DNA of 64,000 nt from an uncultured bacterium (GTDB taxonomy: Bacteria > Verrucomicrobiota > Kiritimatiellia > PWTM01). Made by a program: the position numbers and the translations under genes. The notes beneath the pieces were generated by a model that was not told where the DNA came from, made no database searches, and saw only the letters and a program-made list of their open reading frames with translations. Shown here piece by piece: positions 38,219 through 46,675 of the stretch (positions within the stretch are counted from its first letter, which is position 1; each line of letters opens with the position of its first letter). The stretch covers positions 926,053-990,052 of the forward strand of contig CAVUUJ010000002.1 in NCBI GenBank assembly GCA_963744655.1, read 5' to 3'.

Positions 38219-38268
38219 ACCTGTTTCTCCCGCGGACCTGCGGAACCGTACCGCGGTGCCCGTTCCAG

Positions 38269-38277
38269 AGTATAGCA
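38269..38277 (-). promoter_or_regulatory. Extended -10 promoter element of the Cys-rich gene
   Basis: Minus strand TGCTATACT (TGn-TATACT), about 50 bp upstream of the ATG. No clear -35. Confidence 0.5.
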
Positions 38278-38306
38278 CGCGCACCCGCCTGCCGCCACCG
38301 GGCGGG

Positions 38307-39743
38307 TCAGCCCCGGGGCTCGCCCGCCCGGGGCAGAAAGAAGCGGAACGTCGCGCCCTCTCCCGGGGCGCTCTCCGCCTCCATCCGGCCGCCGTGGTGC
38401 TCCACGATGCTTCGCGCAATCGACAGGCCCAGTCCGCTCCCGTACTCCCGCGCCTGGGCCTTCGGCTCGGTGGTGAAGAAGCGGTCGAACACCTTCGGCA
38501 GGTCCGCGGCGGCGATGCCGCGGCCGGAATCCCGCACCGTGGTGACCACCTCGTCGCCGCGGCCTTCCGCGCGCAGCTCCACCCGTCCCTCCGGCGGCGT
38601 GTAGCGGAAGGCGTTCTCGAGCAGGTTGGCCACGACCTGCTCGATCCGGGCCGGGACGATCCTGGCCGGGAGCGGCGCCTCCGGCAGCGCCAGGGCGAAG
38701 CGGGCCCGCGGCGAGGGCCAGGAGGGCTCGAGCCGCGACACGATGCCCCGCAGCGCCTCCGTGTAGTCGACCTCCTCCTTGCGCGCGCGCCACTCCTCGG
38801 CGTCGAGCCGCGTGAGCGCGGCGAGCTGCTCGACCATGCGCACGAGCCGGTCCGCCTCGAAGCGGATGTTGCCGAGGAACTTCGCGCGGCGGTCGGGCTT
38901 CTCCGCCGCGCCGGCCTCGAGCACCTCCGTGGCGCCGCGGATCGCCGTCACGGGCGTCTTGAGCTCGTGAAGCGTCGCGGCCAAAAAGTCGCGGTTGTAG
39001 GTGTTCTTCTGCTCGATCTCCTCCGCCATCCGGCCGACGTCCCGGCCGAGTTCAGCGATCTCGTCGTGTCCGCGAGCGCGGTAGTCGAAGCGGCGGTCGC
39101 CGCTCGCGAACTCGCGCGCCCGGCGCGCGAGGCGGCGCAGGCGGCGGGTGAGCGTCTGCGCGAAGAGGAGGGCGAAAGCGGCCGAGGCCGCCAGGGCAAG
39201 CCGCGTGGCCGTGAGCTGGTCCGCGTGCAGCTCGCGGATGGCGCGGAGGATGGGGCGGGTGTGTCGCGCCGCGTAGGCGGCGGCCACCACCTCGCCGCCC
39301 GCGCGCACGGGCAGCGCGGCGAAGTACACCATGAGGCGGCGCCCGGGCGTCAGCGCCGAGCGCGCGCCGTAGCGGCCCCCGAGAGCAAGGCGGATCTCGG
39401 GGCGCTCGCCCGCGGGCGGACCGGGCGCGAGGTCGGGTCCCCGCTCCGGGTCGGAATCGAACAGCACCGCGCCGTCGGGGGCGACGATGCGCAGGCGCGT
39501 CTCGACCTCCCGGCCGAAGCGCTCCAGCTGTTCGCGAAAGCGCGCAGGGGCGGCGGGTTCCCCCGCGCGCTCGAGGTACGCAACGTAGAGCTCCCCCGCC
39601 AGGAAGGCGTGGTCGATCATGCGCCGCTCCAGCTCGGTGCGCGTGAACCGGTCAAAGAAGGCCACCGCGTGGCGGTTCAGGAAGTAGACGGGCAGGAAGA
39701 CCACCAGCATGCACATCGCGGCGATCTTCCAGCGAAGGCTCAT
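38307..39743 (-). CDS. Membrane sensor histidine kinase (CreC-like; HAMP-HisKA-HATPase)
   Basis: Two TMs around an extracytoplasmic domain, HAMP (DEIAELG), HELKTP, NLLENA, DSGRGI, FDRFF, GSGLGLSI. Confidence 0.93.
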   Translation of the reverse strand: MSLRWKIAAMCMLVVFLPVYFLNRHAVAFFDRFTRTELERRMIDHAFLAGELYVAYLERAGEPAAPARFREQLERFGREVETRLRIVAPDGAVLFDSDPERGPDLAPGPPAGERPEIRLALGGRYGARSALTPGRRLMVYFAALPVRAGGEVVAAAYAARHTRPILRAIRELHADQLTATRLALAASAAFALLFAQTLTRRLRRLARRAREFASGDRRFDYRARGHDEIAELGRDVGRMAEEIEQKNTYNRDFLAATLHELKTPVTAIRGATEVLEAGAAEKPDRRAKFLGNIRFEADRLVRMVEQLAALTRLDAEEWRARKEEVDYTEALRGIVSRLEPSWPSPRARFALALPEAPLPARIVPARIEQVVANLLENAFRYTPPEGRVELRAEGRGDEVVTTVRDSGRGIAAADLPKVFDRFFTTEPKAQAREYGSGLGLSIARSIVEHHGGRMEAESAPGEGATFRFFLPRAGEPRG

Positions 39744-40453
39744 GCCGGGCCGCTCTCGAGCGCCGGGTTCATCTTGTAGCCGACGCCGTAGACCGTCTGG
39801 ATGGGGTCGGGCGCCGCCCGCACGCGGGCCAGCTTGCGCCGGACGCGCTTCACGCAGGCATCGATCGTGCGGTCCGTTACGGGATGGCCGTCGTCGTAGA
39901 TGCGCCGTATGAGCGCGTCGCGGCTGAAGACGCGGGCGGGCTGTCCGGCCAGCGCCCGGAGCAGCTCGAATTCCCCGCGCGTGAGCGCCACGTCCCGCCC
40001 GGCGTAGCGGGCCGACCAGGCGGCGGGATCCAGCGTCAGCGGCCCGAAACGGACGAGGCCCTCCGCCGCGCCGCCCGCGGGGCGCCCGCGGCGCAGCACG
40101 GCCTTCACGCGCGCGGCCAGCTCGCGGACGCTGAAAGGCTTCGTGACGTAGTCGTCCGCGCCCAGTTCCAGTCCGAGCACGCGGTCCGCCTCGTCGGCCC
40201 GGCAGGTGAGGATGATGACGGGCACCCGGGGCGCGCGGCGCCGGATCTCGCGGAACAGGTCGAGGCCCGGCAGGCCGGGCAGGTTGAGATCGAGCAGGAC
40301 CAGGTCGGGCGGGTCCGCCTCGAACGCGCGCAGGCCGTCGTCGCCTCGGAGCGCCGTGCGCACCCGGAACCCGTGCTCCTCGAGCATGTAGACGACCACG
40401 TCGGCGATGTGCTGCTCGTCGTCGATCAGCAGGATGTGTCCGGTTTCGTTCAC
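39740..40453 (-). CDS. OmpR/PhoB-family response regulator (CreB-like)
   Basis: LIDDE, LLDLNLP, LGADDYVTKPF, winged helix (RTIDACVKRVRRKL, IQTVYGVGY). ATGA overlap with the kinase. Confidence 0.93.
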   Translation of the reverse strand: MNETGHILLIDDEQHIADVVVYMLEEHGFRVRTALRGDDGLRAFEADPPDLVLLDLNLPGLPGLDLFREIRRRAPRVPVIILTCRADEADRVLGLELGADDYVTKPFSVRELAARVKAVLRRGRPAGGAAEGLVRFGPLTLDPAAWSARYAGRDVALTRGEFELLRALAGQPARVFSRDALIRRIYDDGHPVTDRTIDACVKRVRRKLARVRAAPDPIQTVYGVGYKMNPALESGPA

Positions 40454-40616
40454 TCCGTCCCGCCCCCCGGCGCACGGGCGCCGCCCTTTATAGGCGCAGC
40501 GCCCCCCGCGCGGCAAGCGACGGGGGCGCGGCGGCCGCTTGTGGCGCGCGGCCCGGGACGCTAGGCTCCGCCGGAATCGGTGCGCCGGGCGGGGCAGGGA
40601 GAAGGGAAGGGCGGCC

Positions 40617-41252
40617 ATGATCCTGCAGCAGGACGACGCGGTGCTGTTCCTGGGCGACAGCATCACCGACGCGGGCAGCCGGGCGCCGGACGCGGCGCCC
40701 GACCGGCTGGGCCGCGGATACGTCCGGCTCTGTGCCGAGCGGCTGCGGGCGCGTTTTCCCGCCTGGAACCTGTCCTTCGCCAACCGGGGCGTGAGCGCGC
40801 ACCGCGCGTGCGACCTGGAGGCCCGGCTCGGGGACGACGACGTGCGGTCGCTCGCGCCCACGCTGGTCTCCGTCCTGGTCGGCATCAACGACACGTGGCG
40901 CCGCTACGACCGGCAGGCGGTGTCCCCGGTCCCCGCGTTTGCCGATACCCTGCGCCGCGTCACCGCCACGCTGCGCGAACGGTGGCGCCCGCGGCTCGTG
41001 CTCATGGAGCCCTTCCTGTTGCCCGTGCCCGAGGACCGGCGCGCGTGGCGCGAGGACCTCGACCCCCGCCTGGCCGCGGTGCGGGAGGTCGCCGTCGAAG
41101 CGGGCGCCGCCCTCGTGCCGCTCGACGGTGTCTTCGCCGCCGCGGCCTGCCGCCGCGAAGCGGCCGTGTGGCTCCCCGACGGCGTCCATCCGAGTCCCGC
41201 CGGCGCGGCCCTGATCGCCGACGCGTGGATCGAGACCGTCACGCGGGACTGA
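40617..41252 (+). CDS. SGNH/GDSL hydrolase
   Basis: FLGDSIT, NRGVS, VGIND, DGVHP (blocks I, II, III, V). Confidence 0.92.
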   Translation: MILQQDDAVLFLGDSITDAGSRAPDAAPDRLGRGYVRLCAERLRARFPAWNLSFANRGVSAHRACDLEARLGDDDVRSLAPTLVSVLVGINDTWRRYDRQAVSPVPAFADTLRRVTATLRERWRPRLVLMEPFLLPVPEDRRAWREDLDPRLAAVREVAVEAGAALVPLDGVFAAAACRREAAVWLPDGVHPSPAGAALIADAWIETVTRD

Positions 41253-41317
41253 CCGCCCCGGGCCGGTTCGCCCCGCGCCTGTTCACCCCCGCCCATCTGC
41301 GGTATACAGGCCGCGCC

Positions 41318-42637
41318 ATGGAACACGCGCCACCGGAAGACGGGCGGGATACGGCGGGGAGCGCGCGGCGCGACCCGGCGCTCCCGGCCGGCGCCGCCGC
41401 CGGGCCGGGACCCGCGCGGGAGCTCGACGTCGTGGACACGGCCTACGGGGGGGACGGGGTCGCCCGCGACGGGGGCAAGGTGGTCTTCGTGCCCGGAACG
41501 CTCGCGGGTGAGCGCGTGCGCGCCCGCCTCGTGTCCGACCGCAAGGCGTTCGCCCGGGCGGAGCTGTTGTCGGTGCTCACGCCCTCGCCCGACCGCGTGC
41601 CGCCGGCCTGCCCGCTCGCGCTTCGGCCCGCGGACGATCCCGGCGCCCCCGCGCCGGCGTGTCCCGGCTGCGCCTACCAGCACGCGGCCTACGCGCGCGA
41701 GGTGGAGCTCAAGCAGCGCCAGTTCGGGGACCTGCTCGCCCGCCTCGGCGGCTGCGACCCCGGGCTCGCCGACGCGCCTGTCCCCGCCCCCGCCCCGCTC
41801 GGCTACCGCAACAAGCTCGTGCTCCGCGTGCAGGACGGCCCGGACGGGCGGCGCCTCGGCTACACCGCGGCCGACCGCCGCACCGTGATCGATCTCGCGG
41901 CCTGCCCGCTCGCGCACCCGGCGCTCAACGCCCTGCTCGCGCGGCTGCGGGGGACGGAGGGCTGGCTGGCGGGCCTGCCCCCGAACGCCCGGGTCACGCT
42001 CCGCTTCACGGGCCGCGACGGCGCCGTGCACTGGGTCGGCGCGCCCTCGCACCGCGCGCCCTGGCTCGCGGAGGCGACGCCGGCGGGCACGCTCCTCGTC
42101 CCGCGCGGCGCCTTCTTCCAGGTGAACCCGGCGGCCGCGAACCTGCTGGTGGAGGCGGTGACCGCCCTGTTGACCCGGGCCGCGCCCGACGCGGTGCTGG
42201 ACGCGTACGGCGGCGTCGGGCTCTTCGCCTTCGCCGCCTTGCGCGCCGGTATCGGACGGGCCGTGGGCATCGAGTCGGACGCTTCCGCCGTGGCCGCGGC
42301 CCGGCGCAACGCCGGGCACCTCCACCTGGCCGGCCGCGTGCGGTTCGAACGCGGGGACGCCGCCGCGCACCTGGCCCGCGCCTCGGCGGCGCTGCGCCCG
42401 GGCCGTCTCGCGGTGGTGGCGGACCCCCCGCGCGCCGGCCTTTCCCCGGCCGCGGTCGAAGCCCTCGCCGCCGCGCGGCCCGAGGAGCTGCTCTACGTGT
42501 CCTGCGCCCCCGACACCCTAGCCCGCGATCTCAAGCGGCTCGCCGCCGCGGGGTTCGCTCCGCGCCACGCCCGGCTCTTCGACCTGTTCCCGCGCACCGC
42601 CCGCTTCGAGGCCCTCGTCCGCCTCCAACCGGCCTGA
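41318..42637 (+). CDS. TRAM-domain RNA m5U methyltransferase (RlmD/TrmA family)
   Basis: TRAM (GGDGVAR..GKVVFVPG), Fe-S Cys pattern CP...CPGC..QH...CP, FFQVN, DPPRAG, YVSC, DLFPRT. Confidence 0.9.
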   Translation: MEHAPPEDGRDTAGSARRDPALPAGAAAGPGPARELDVVDTAYGGDGVARDGGKVVFVPGTLAGERVRARLVSDRKAFARAELLSVLTPSPDRVPPACPLALRPADDPGAPAPACPGCAYQHAAYAREVELKQRQFGDLLARLGGCDPGLADAPVPAPAPLGYRNKLVLRVQDGPDGRRLGYTAADRRTVIDLAACPLAHPALNALLARLRGTEGWLAGLPPNARVTLRFTGRDGAVHWVGAPSHRAPWLAEATPAGTLLVPRGAFFQVNPAAANLLVEAVTALLTRAAPDAVLDAYGGVGLFAFAALRAGIGRAVGIESDASAVAAARRNAGHLHLAGRVRFERGDAAAHLARASAALRPGRLAVVADPPRAGLSPAAVEALAAARPEELLYVSCAPDTLARDLKRLAAAGFAPRHARLFDLFPRTARFEALVRLQPA

Positions 42638-42672
42638 AGCCGCCGCGCCGGGGCGGGGCCGGGGGCCGTTCC

Positions 42673-42702
42673 TTGACAGCGCGGGCGGGAGACGCCGATC
42701 AT
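42673..42702 (+). promoter_or_regulatory. Possible promoter of the glycan locus
   Basis: Perfect TTGACA (42673-42678), 18 bp, weak GATCAT. Confidence 0.3.
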
Positions 42703-42714
42703 CCGGGCCGAGAC

Positions 42715-43569
42715 ATGGAGCGCCGCCACATCACCGCCGGGAGTCCCGCCTTCGCGCCGCATCTCGACCCCGCGGCCCTCGTTCGCGGCCTGTGGCGGCG
42801 GCGCGACCTGCTGCGCCAGTTCACGCGCCGCGAGATCCGGGGGCGGTACCGCGGGGCGCGCCTCGGCATGCTCTGGGTCTTCGTGCAGCCGCTGGTCATG
42901 CTCCTCATCTACACGTTCGTCTTCGGGCTGGTGTTCCGGGCGCGGTGGCCCGGCGCGCAGACCGAAAGCCTCGCGGAGTTCTCCGTCACCCTCTTTGCCG
43001 GCCTTGTCGTGTTCCAGCTCTTCAGCGAGTGCCTCGGCCGCGCCCCGTTCCTGGTCACCGGGGTGCCCAACTACGTCAAGAAGGTGGTCTTCCCGCTGGA
43101 GATCCTGCCCGTGTGCTCGCTCGGCGCGTCCCTGTTCCACGCGGCGGTCAACGTGCTGATCCTGCTGGGCGCGCAGGTGCTGGTCCTCGGCCGCGTGCCG
43201 CTCACGGCGCTGGCCGCCCCGCTCGCGGTGCTCCCGCTGCTCGCGCTCTCGCTCGGTCTCGGCTGGTACCTCGCCAGCCTCGGGGTCTTCTTCCGGGACC
43301 TGCAGCAGGCGGTAGGGCTCCTGATCACGATGCTCTTCTTCGTCACGCCGATCTTCTATCCCCTCTCCGCCGTGCCGGAACCGCTGCGCCCCCTGCTGCG
43401 GCTCAACCCGCTGGCCTTCGCGGTCGAGGCGTTCCGCGAGACGCTGCTGTGGGGCCGCTGGCCGGCCTGGCAGGAATGGACGGCGTGGGCCGCGGCCGGC
43501 CTGGCGGTGCTGCTCACGGGATACGCCTTCTTCATGCGCACGCGGAGGGCATTCGCCGATGTGCTCTGA
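42715..43569 (+). CDS. wzm: Polysaccharide ABC exporter permease
   Basis: REIRGRYRGARLGMLW.FVQPL, YVKKVVFP, FFRDL, TPIFYP, LNP, FADVL C-terminus. Confidence 0.93.
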   Translation: MERRHITAGSPAFAPHLDPAALVRGLWRRRDLLRQFTRREIRGRYRGARLGMLWVFVQPLVMLLIYTFVFGLVFRARWPGAQTESLAEFSVTLFAGLVVFQLFSECLGRAPFLVTGVPNYVKKVVFPLEILPVCSLGASLFHAAVNVLILLGAQVLVLGRVPLTALAAPLAVLPLLALSLGLGWYLASLGVFFRDLQQAVGLLITMLFFVTPIFYPLSAVPEPLRPLLRLNPLAFAVEAFRETLLWGRWPAWQEWTAWAAAGLAVLLTGYAFFMRTRRAFADVL

Positions 43570-45340
43570 CGCGTCCTCCCCGCCGGGCGACGCAGTCATC
43601 GCCGCCCGCGGCCTCACGAAGGTGTACCGCATATGGGCCGATCCCGCGGCCCGGTTCAAGGCGCCGGCCCTGGCGGCCCTGGCGAACGCCGTCCCCTCGC
43701 CCGCCGCGCGCCGCCGCCTGCACGCGCGGGCGGCGTCGTACTTCCGCGACTTCCACGCCCTGAAGGACGTCTCCCTCGAGGTCCGGCGCGGCGAGACGGT
43801 CGGCATCATCGGGCGCAACGGCGCGGGCAAGAGCACCCTGCTGCAGATCATCGCCGGGGTGCTCCGCCCCACCGCGGGCGAGGTCGACGTCGCCGGCCGG
43901 GTCGCCGCCCTGCTGGAGCTGGGCAGCGGGTTCAACCCCGAGTTCACCGGCCGGGAGAACGTCTTCCTCAACGGCACCATCCTCGGCCTCGGCGAACGGG
44001 AGGTCCGGGAGCACTTCGACGCGATCGCCGCCTTCGCGGACATCGGCGCGTTCATCGACCAGCCGGTGAAAATCTACAGCAGCGGCATGATGGTCCGGCT
44101 GGCCTTCGCCGTGCAGGCGTTCCTGGAACCGGACGTGCTCATCGTCGACGAGGCCCTCGCGGTCGGGGACCTGCCGTTTCAGCACCGGTGCATGCGGCGC
44201 ATCGCGCAACTGGTCGACGGCGGCACCGCCGTGCTCTACGTCTCGCACGCGACGGACACCGTGAAGCGCTTCTGCCGCCGCTGCCTCTGGCTGGACGGCG
44301 GCGAGACCCGGTTCTTCGGCCCCGCGGGCGTGGGCGTGGAGAAGTACCTCGGCTTCATCCGCATGCGCGAAGCGGGGGCGCAGGCGCCGGCCGACGCCCC
44401 GGCGGCCCTCGCGCGCGCCGCCGCGCCGGCGGAGTCGGAGGACGGGGCGCTCCTGCCGGTCGCCGGCGACATCGACCTCTCCGACGAGCGCCTCTTCGTG
44501 CGCGGCGCGTGGCGCGAGGCGCCGGGCGCCGCACCGGGCACGGTCAGGCGCGAGACCTCCGACGACGCGGCGCTCGCGGCGTTCCGGTTCGAGGGCGACC
44601 GCGTCGAGCTGCTCTTCCGGCGCGGCCCCGGGGCCCGGCGCGCCGTGGTCGCGCTCGACGGCCGGGAACACCCGCTCGACCTGCGCGATCCCGCCGGCCC
44701 GGGGCTCCATCCCTTCACCCTGGCCACGGCGCCCGGACGACACGTGCTCTCGCTGCGGCCGCTCCCCGCGGGCGACCCGGCCGACGCGCTGACCTGGCTG
44801 GGCGGACGCGTGGAACACGGCGCGGCGCCGCCGGCCTTCCGGCGGGATCCCGCCCCTCGGGCGGAGGACGAGGTCGGGTCGTACGGCACGGCGCGGGGCC
44901 GCATCACCGCGGTCGAGCTGCTCGACTACGCCTCCCTCGAGCCGGTCACCGAACTGGCCTTCGGCCGGCGCGTCCGGCTGCGGATCCACGCCGAACGCCT
45001 CGGGGACCTCGGACCGGAGGTCAGCTTCTCGTTCATCGTGCGGGACGCGAACCGCATCGACCTGTTCGGCGCCACCACGGCCTCCGAGCATGTGCGGGTG
45101 GACGCGCGGGCGCGCCGCTTCGTGGCCGAGTTCGCCTTCACGGTGCGGCTCGGGCCCGGCTCCTACTCCGTCCTCGCCGCCTTCGTCGAGGGAAGCGAGA
45201 ACCTCCCCCGCAAGACCACGCTGCATCACGTCGACCTCGCCTGCGTGTTCCGGGTCGGCTTCGATCCCGCGCGGCCGGTCTGGTACGCCTTCCACGAGCC
45301 GGTCACCGTGCGGGTTTCCGCGGAGACCGGCGAGCCGTGA
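43559..45340 (+). CDS. wzt: Polysaccharide ABC exporter ATPase with extended C-terminus (inserted domain plus Wzt_C-like domain)
   Basis: GRNGAGKST, LLELGSGFNPEFTGREN, YSSGMMVRLAF, DEALAVGD..FQ, VSH. C-terminal YGT...I..VEL...LGPGSY. Confidence 0.93.
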   Translation: MCSDASSPPGDAVIAARGLTKVYRIWADPAARFKAPALAALANAVPSPAARRRLHARAASYFRDFHALKDVSLEVRRGETVGIIGRNGAGKSTLLQIIAGVLRPTAGEVDVAGRVAALLELGSGFNPEFTGRENVFLNGTILGLGEREVREHFDAIAAFADIGAFIDQPVKIYSSGMMVRLAFAVQAFLEPDVLIVDEALAVGDLPFQHRCMRRIAQLVDGGTAVLYVSHATDTVKRFCRRCLWLDGGETRFFGPAGVGVEKYLGFIRMREAGAQAPADAPAALARAAAPAESEDGALLPVAGDIDLSDERLFVRGAWREAPGAAPGTVRRETSDDAALAAFRFEGDRVELLFRRGPGARRAVVALDGREHPLDLRDPAGPGLHPFTLATAPGRHVLSLRPLPAGDPADALTWLGGRVEHGAAPPAFRRDPAPRAEDEVGSYGTARGRITAVELLDYASLEPVTELAFGRRVRLRIHAERLGDLGPEVSFSFIVRDANRIDLFGATTASEHVRVDARARRFVAEFAFTVRLGPGSYSVLAAFVEGSENLPRKTTLHHVDLACVFRVGFDPARPVWYAFHEPVTVRVSAETGEP

Positions 45341-46116
45341 ACCCCGTCGTGCGGGTGTGCTCCCACGTGCGGTCGGGCACGCACTTTCTCCTGAGCCTGC
45401 TCTACGAGAACTACTACAAGGAGCGCCGCGACCTGGCGCACCGCGCGGAGCAGCTCGGCCACTGGGACAACCCGGGCACCCACGACGCGCTGTTCACCGG
45501 CACGGACTCCAACCGCTTCGTGGCCTGGCACGGGCTTTTCGGGGGCCATCGCTTTCTACCGCCGCCGGACACCGGGGGCACGATCTACGTCTTCCGCGAC
45601 GGGCGCGACGTGGCGGCGTCGGTCTACCGCACGCCGCACTTCCGCGGCCGCGCCGACGGGGCGCTGTCCTTCTCCCGCTTCCTGCGCAAGCCGATCGACT
45701 GGTTCGAGGCGCCGGACCAGCGGGCCGAACCGGAGATGACCCTCGCCGAGCACTGGTACCGGTCGGTCAGCGCGTGGCTGGCGAGCGGCGCGTTCCGCGT
45801 GCGCTACGAGGAGCTGGTCGCCGACCCCGAGGGCGCGCTGCGGCGCATCGAGGCCGCGTTCGGCCTCCGCCCGCCCGCGCGCCGCTACACGGGCGAGCGG
45901 CCCGTCGGCCTGGCGCCGGGCGCCGGCGGGGCGGGCGGGTGGCCGCGCCTCTTCGAGCCGCGCGATCTCGACTTCTTCTTCTCCGTGGTCCCCCGCCCGT
46001 TCGAGGGGCTCTGGTACGGCGGGCGCCCGCGCGCGGCCGGCGCGCCCCGCCCCGGGTCCTGGCCCGCCCGCGCGCCCCCGAGTCTGCGGTGGCCCCCCGC
46101 GCCCGGTCCGCGCTAG
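45337..46116 (+). CDS. PAPS-dependent sulfotransferase-domain protein
   Basis: 5'-PSB loop SHVRSGTHFL, 3'-PB YVFRDGRDVAAS, VRYEELVADP. GTGA overlap with wzt stop. This is the C-terminal part of the track ORF 43633..46116. Confidence 0.85.
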   Translation: MNPVVRVCSHVRSGTHFLLSLLYENYYKERRDLAHRAEQLGHWDNPGTHDALFTGTDSNRFVAWHGLFGGHRFLPPPDTGGTIYVFRDGRDVAASVYRTPHFRGRADGALSFSRFLRKPIDWFEAPDQRAEPEMTLAEHWYRSVSAWLASGAFRVRYEELVADPEGALRRIEAAFGLRPPARRYTGERPVGLAPGAGGAGGWPRLFEPRDLDFFFSVVPRPFEGLWYGGRPRAAGAPRPGSWPARAPPSLRWPPAPGPR

Positions 46117-46184
46117 ACTGCAGCCTGTCGTCACCCGGGCGGCGCGCTACGGCCGCCCCGGTGTCCACGGGGAGGGTCGAAGCG

Positions 46185-46670
46185 ATGGGCAAGAGCCGCG
46201 GTACCGCCTTCCGTATCCGCCTGCCGGACGACGAACTGGAGACCGTGCTGCAGCGCGTGGAGGAGAACCTGGCCCTGCGCCCGGTCCTCGATCCGGAGCC
46301 GCCCGCCGCGGAACCGGAGGGGCCGTTCGACGGCCTCCGCGCGCGGCTAGCGGCGCTGCGCGCGCTGCGCGCGCCGTACTTCGTACTCGGCGGCAGGGTC
46401 CCCGGCGCCGTGGCCGCCGTGCTGAACCTGCCCCTGCGGGTCTTCGGCCGCAAGCAGCGCCGTTTCAACGAGGACCTGCTCCGGCTGCTCGAGCAGTGGC
46501 TGGCCCTTCACGCGGACGCGGAGCAGGAAGGCCGGATGCGGCGGCGCGACGCGTGCGGACTCGAGGACTGGATCCGCCTCGTCCAGCGGAAGCAGGAGGC
46601 CCTCGAGCTCGAACTGGAAGCCCTCCGCCGGGCGGCGGAACCGCGCGGCACGGACCCGGCCGGGCCCTGA
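46185..46670 (+). CDS. Hypothetical coiled-coil protein
   Basis: Helical, charged sequence (KQRRFNEDLLRLLE, VQRKQEALELELEALRR). ATG after GGAGG, stop 5 bp before the next gene. Confidence 0.6.
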   Translation: MGKSRGTAFRIRLPDDELETVLQRVEENLALRPVLDPEPPAAEPEGPFDGLRARLAALRALRAPYFVLGGRVPGAVAAVLNLPLRVFGRKQRRFNEDLLRLLEQWLALHADAEQEGRMRRRDACGLEDWIRLVQRKQEALELELEALRRAAEPRGTDPAGP

Positions 46671-46675
46671 ACACC

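Noticed and set aside
43633-45336. Long N-terminal extensions of track ORFs (also 22533..25796, 26815..28533, 29471..33025, 47229..51173, 55714..61233)
   Set aside because: The extensions overlap neighbouring genes in other frames. Family motifs begin only at the downstream starts I report.
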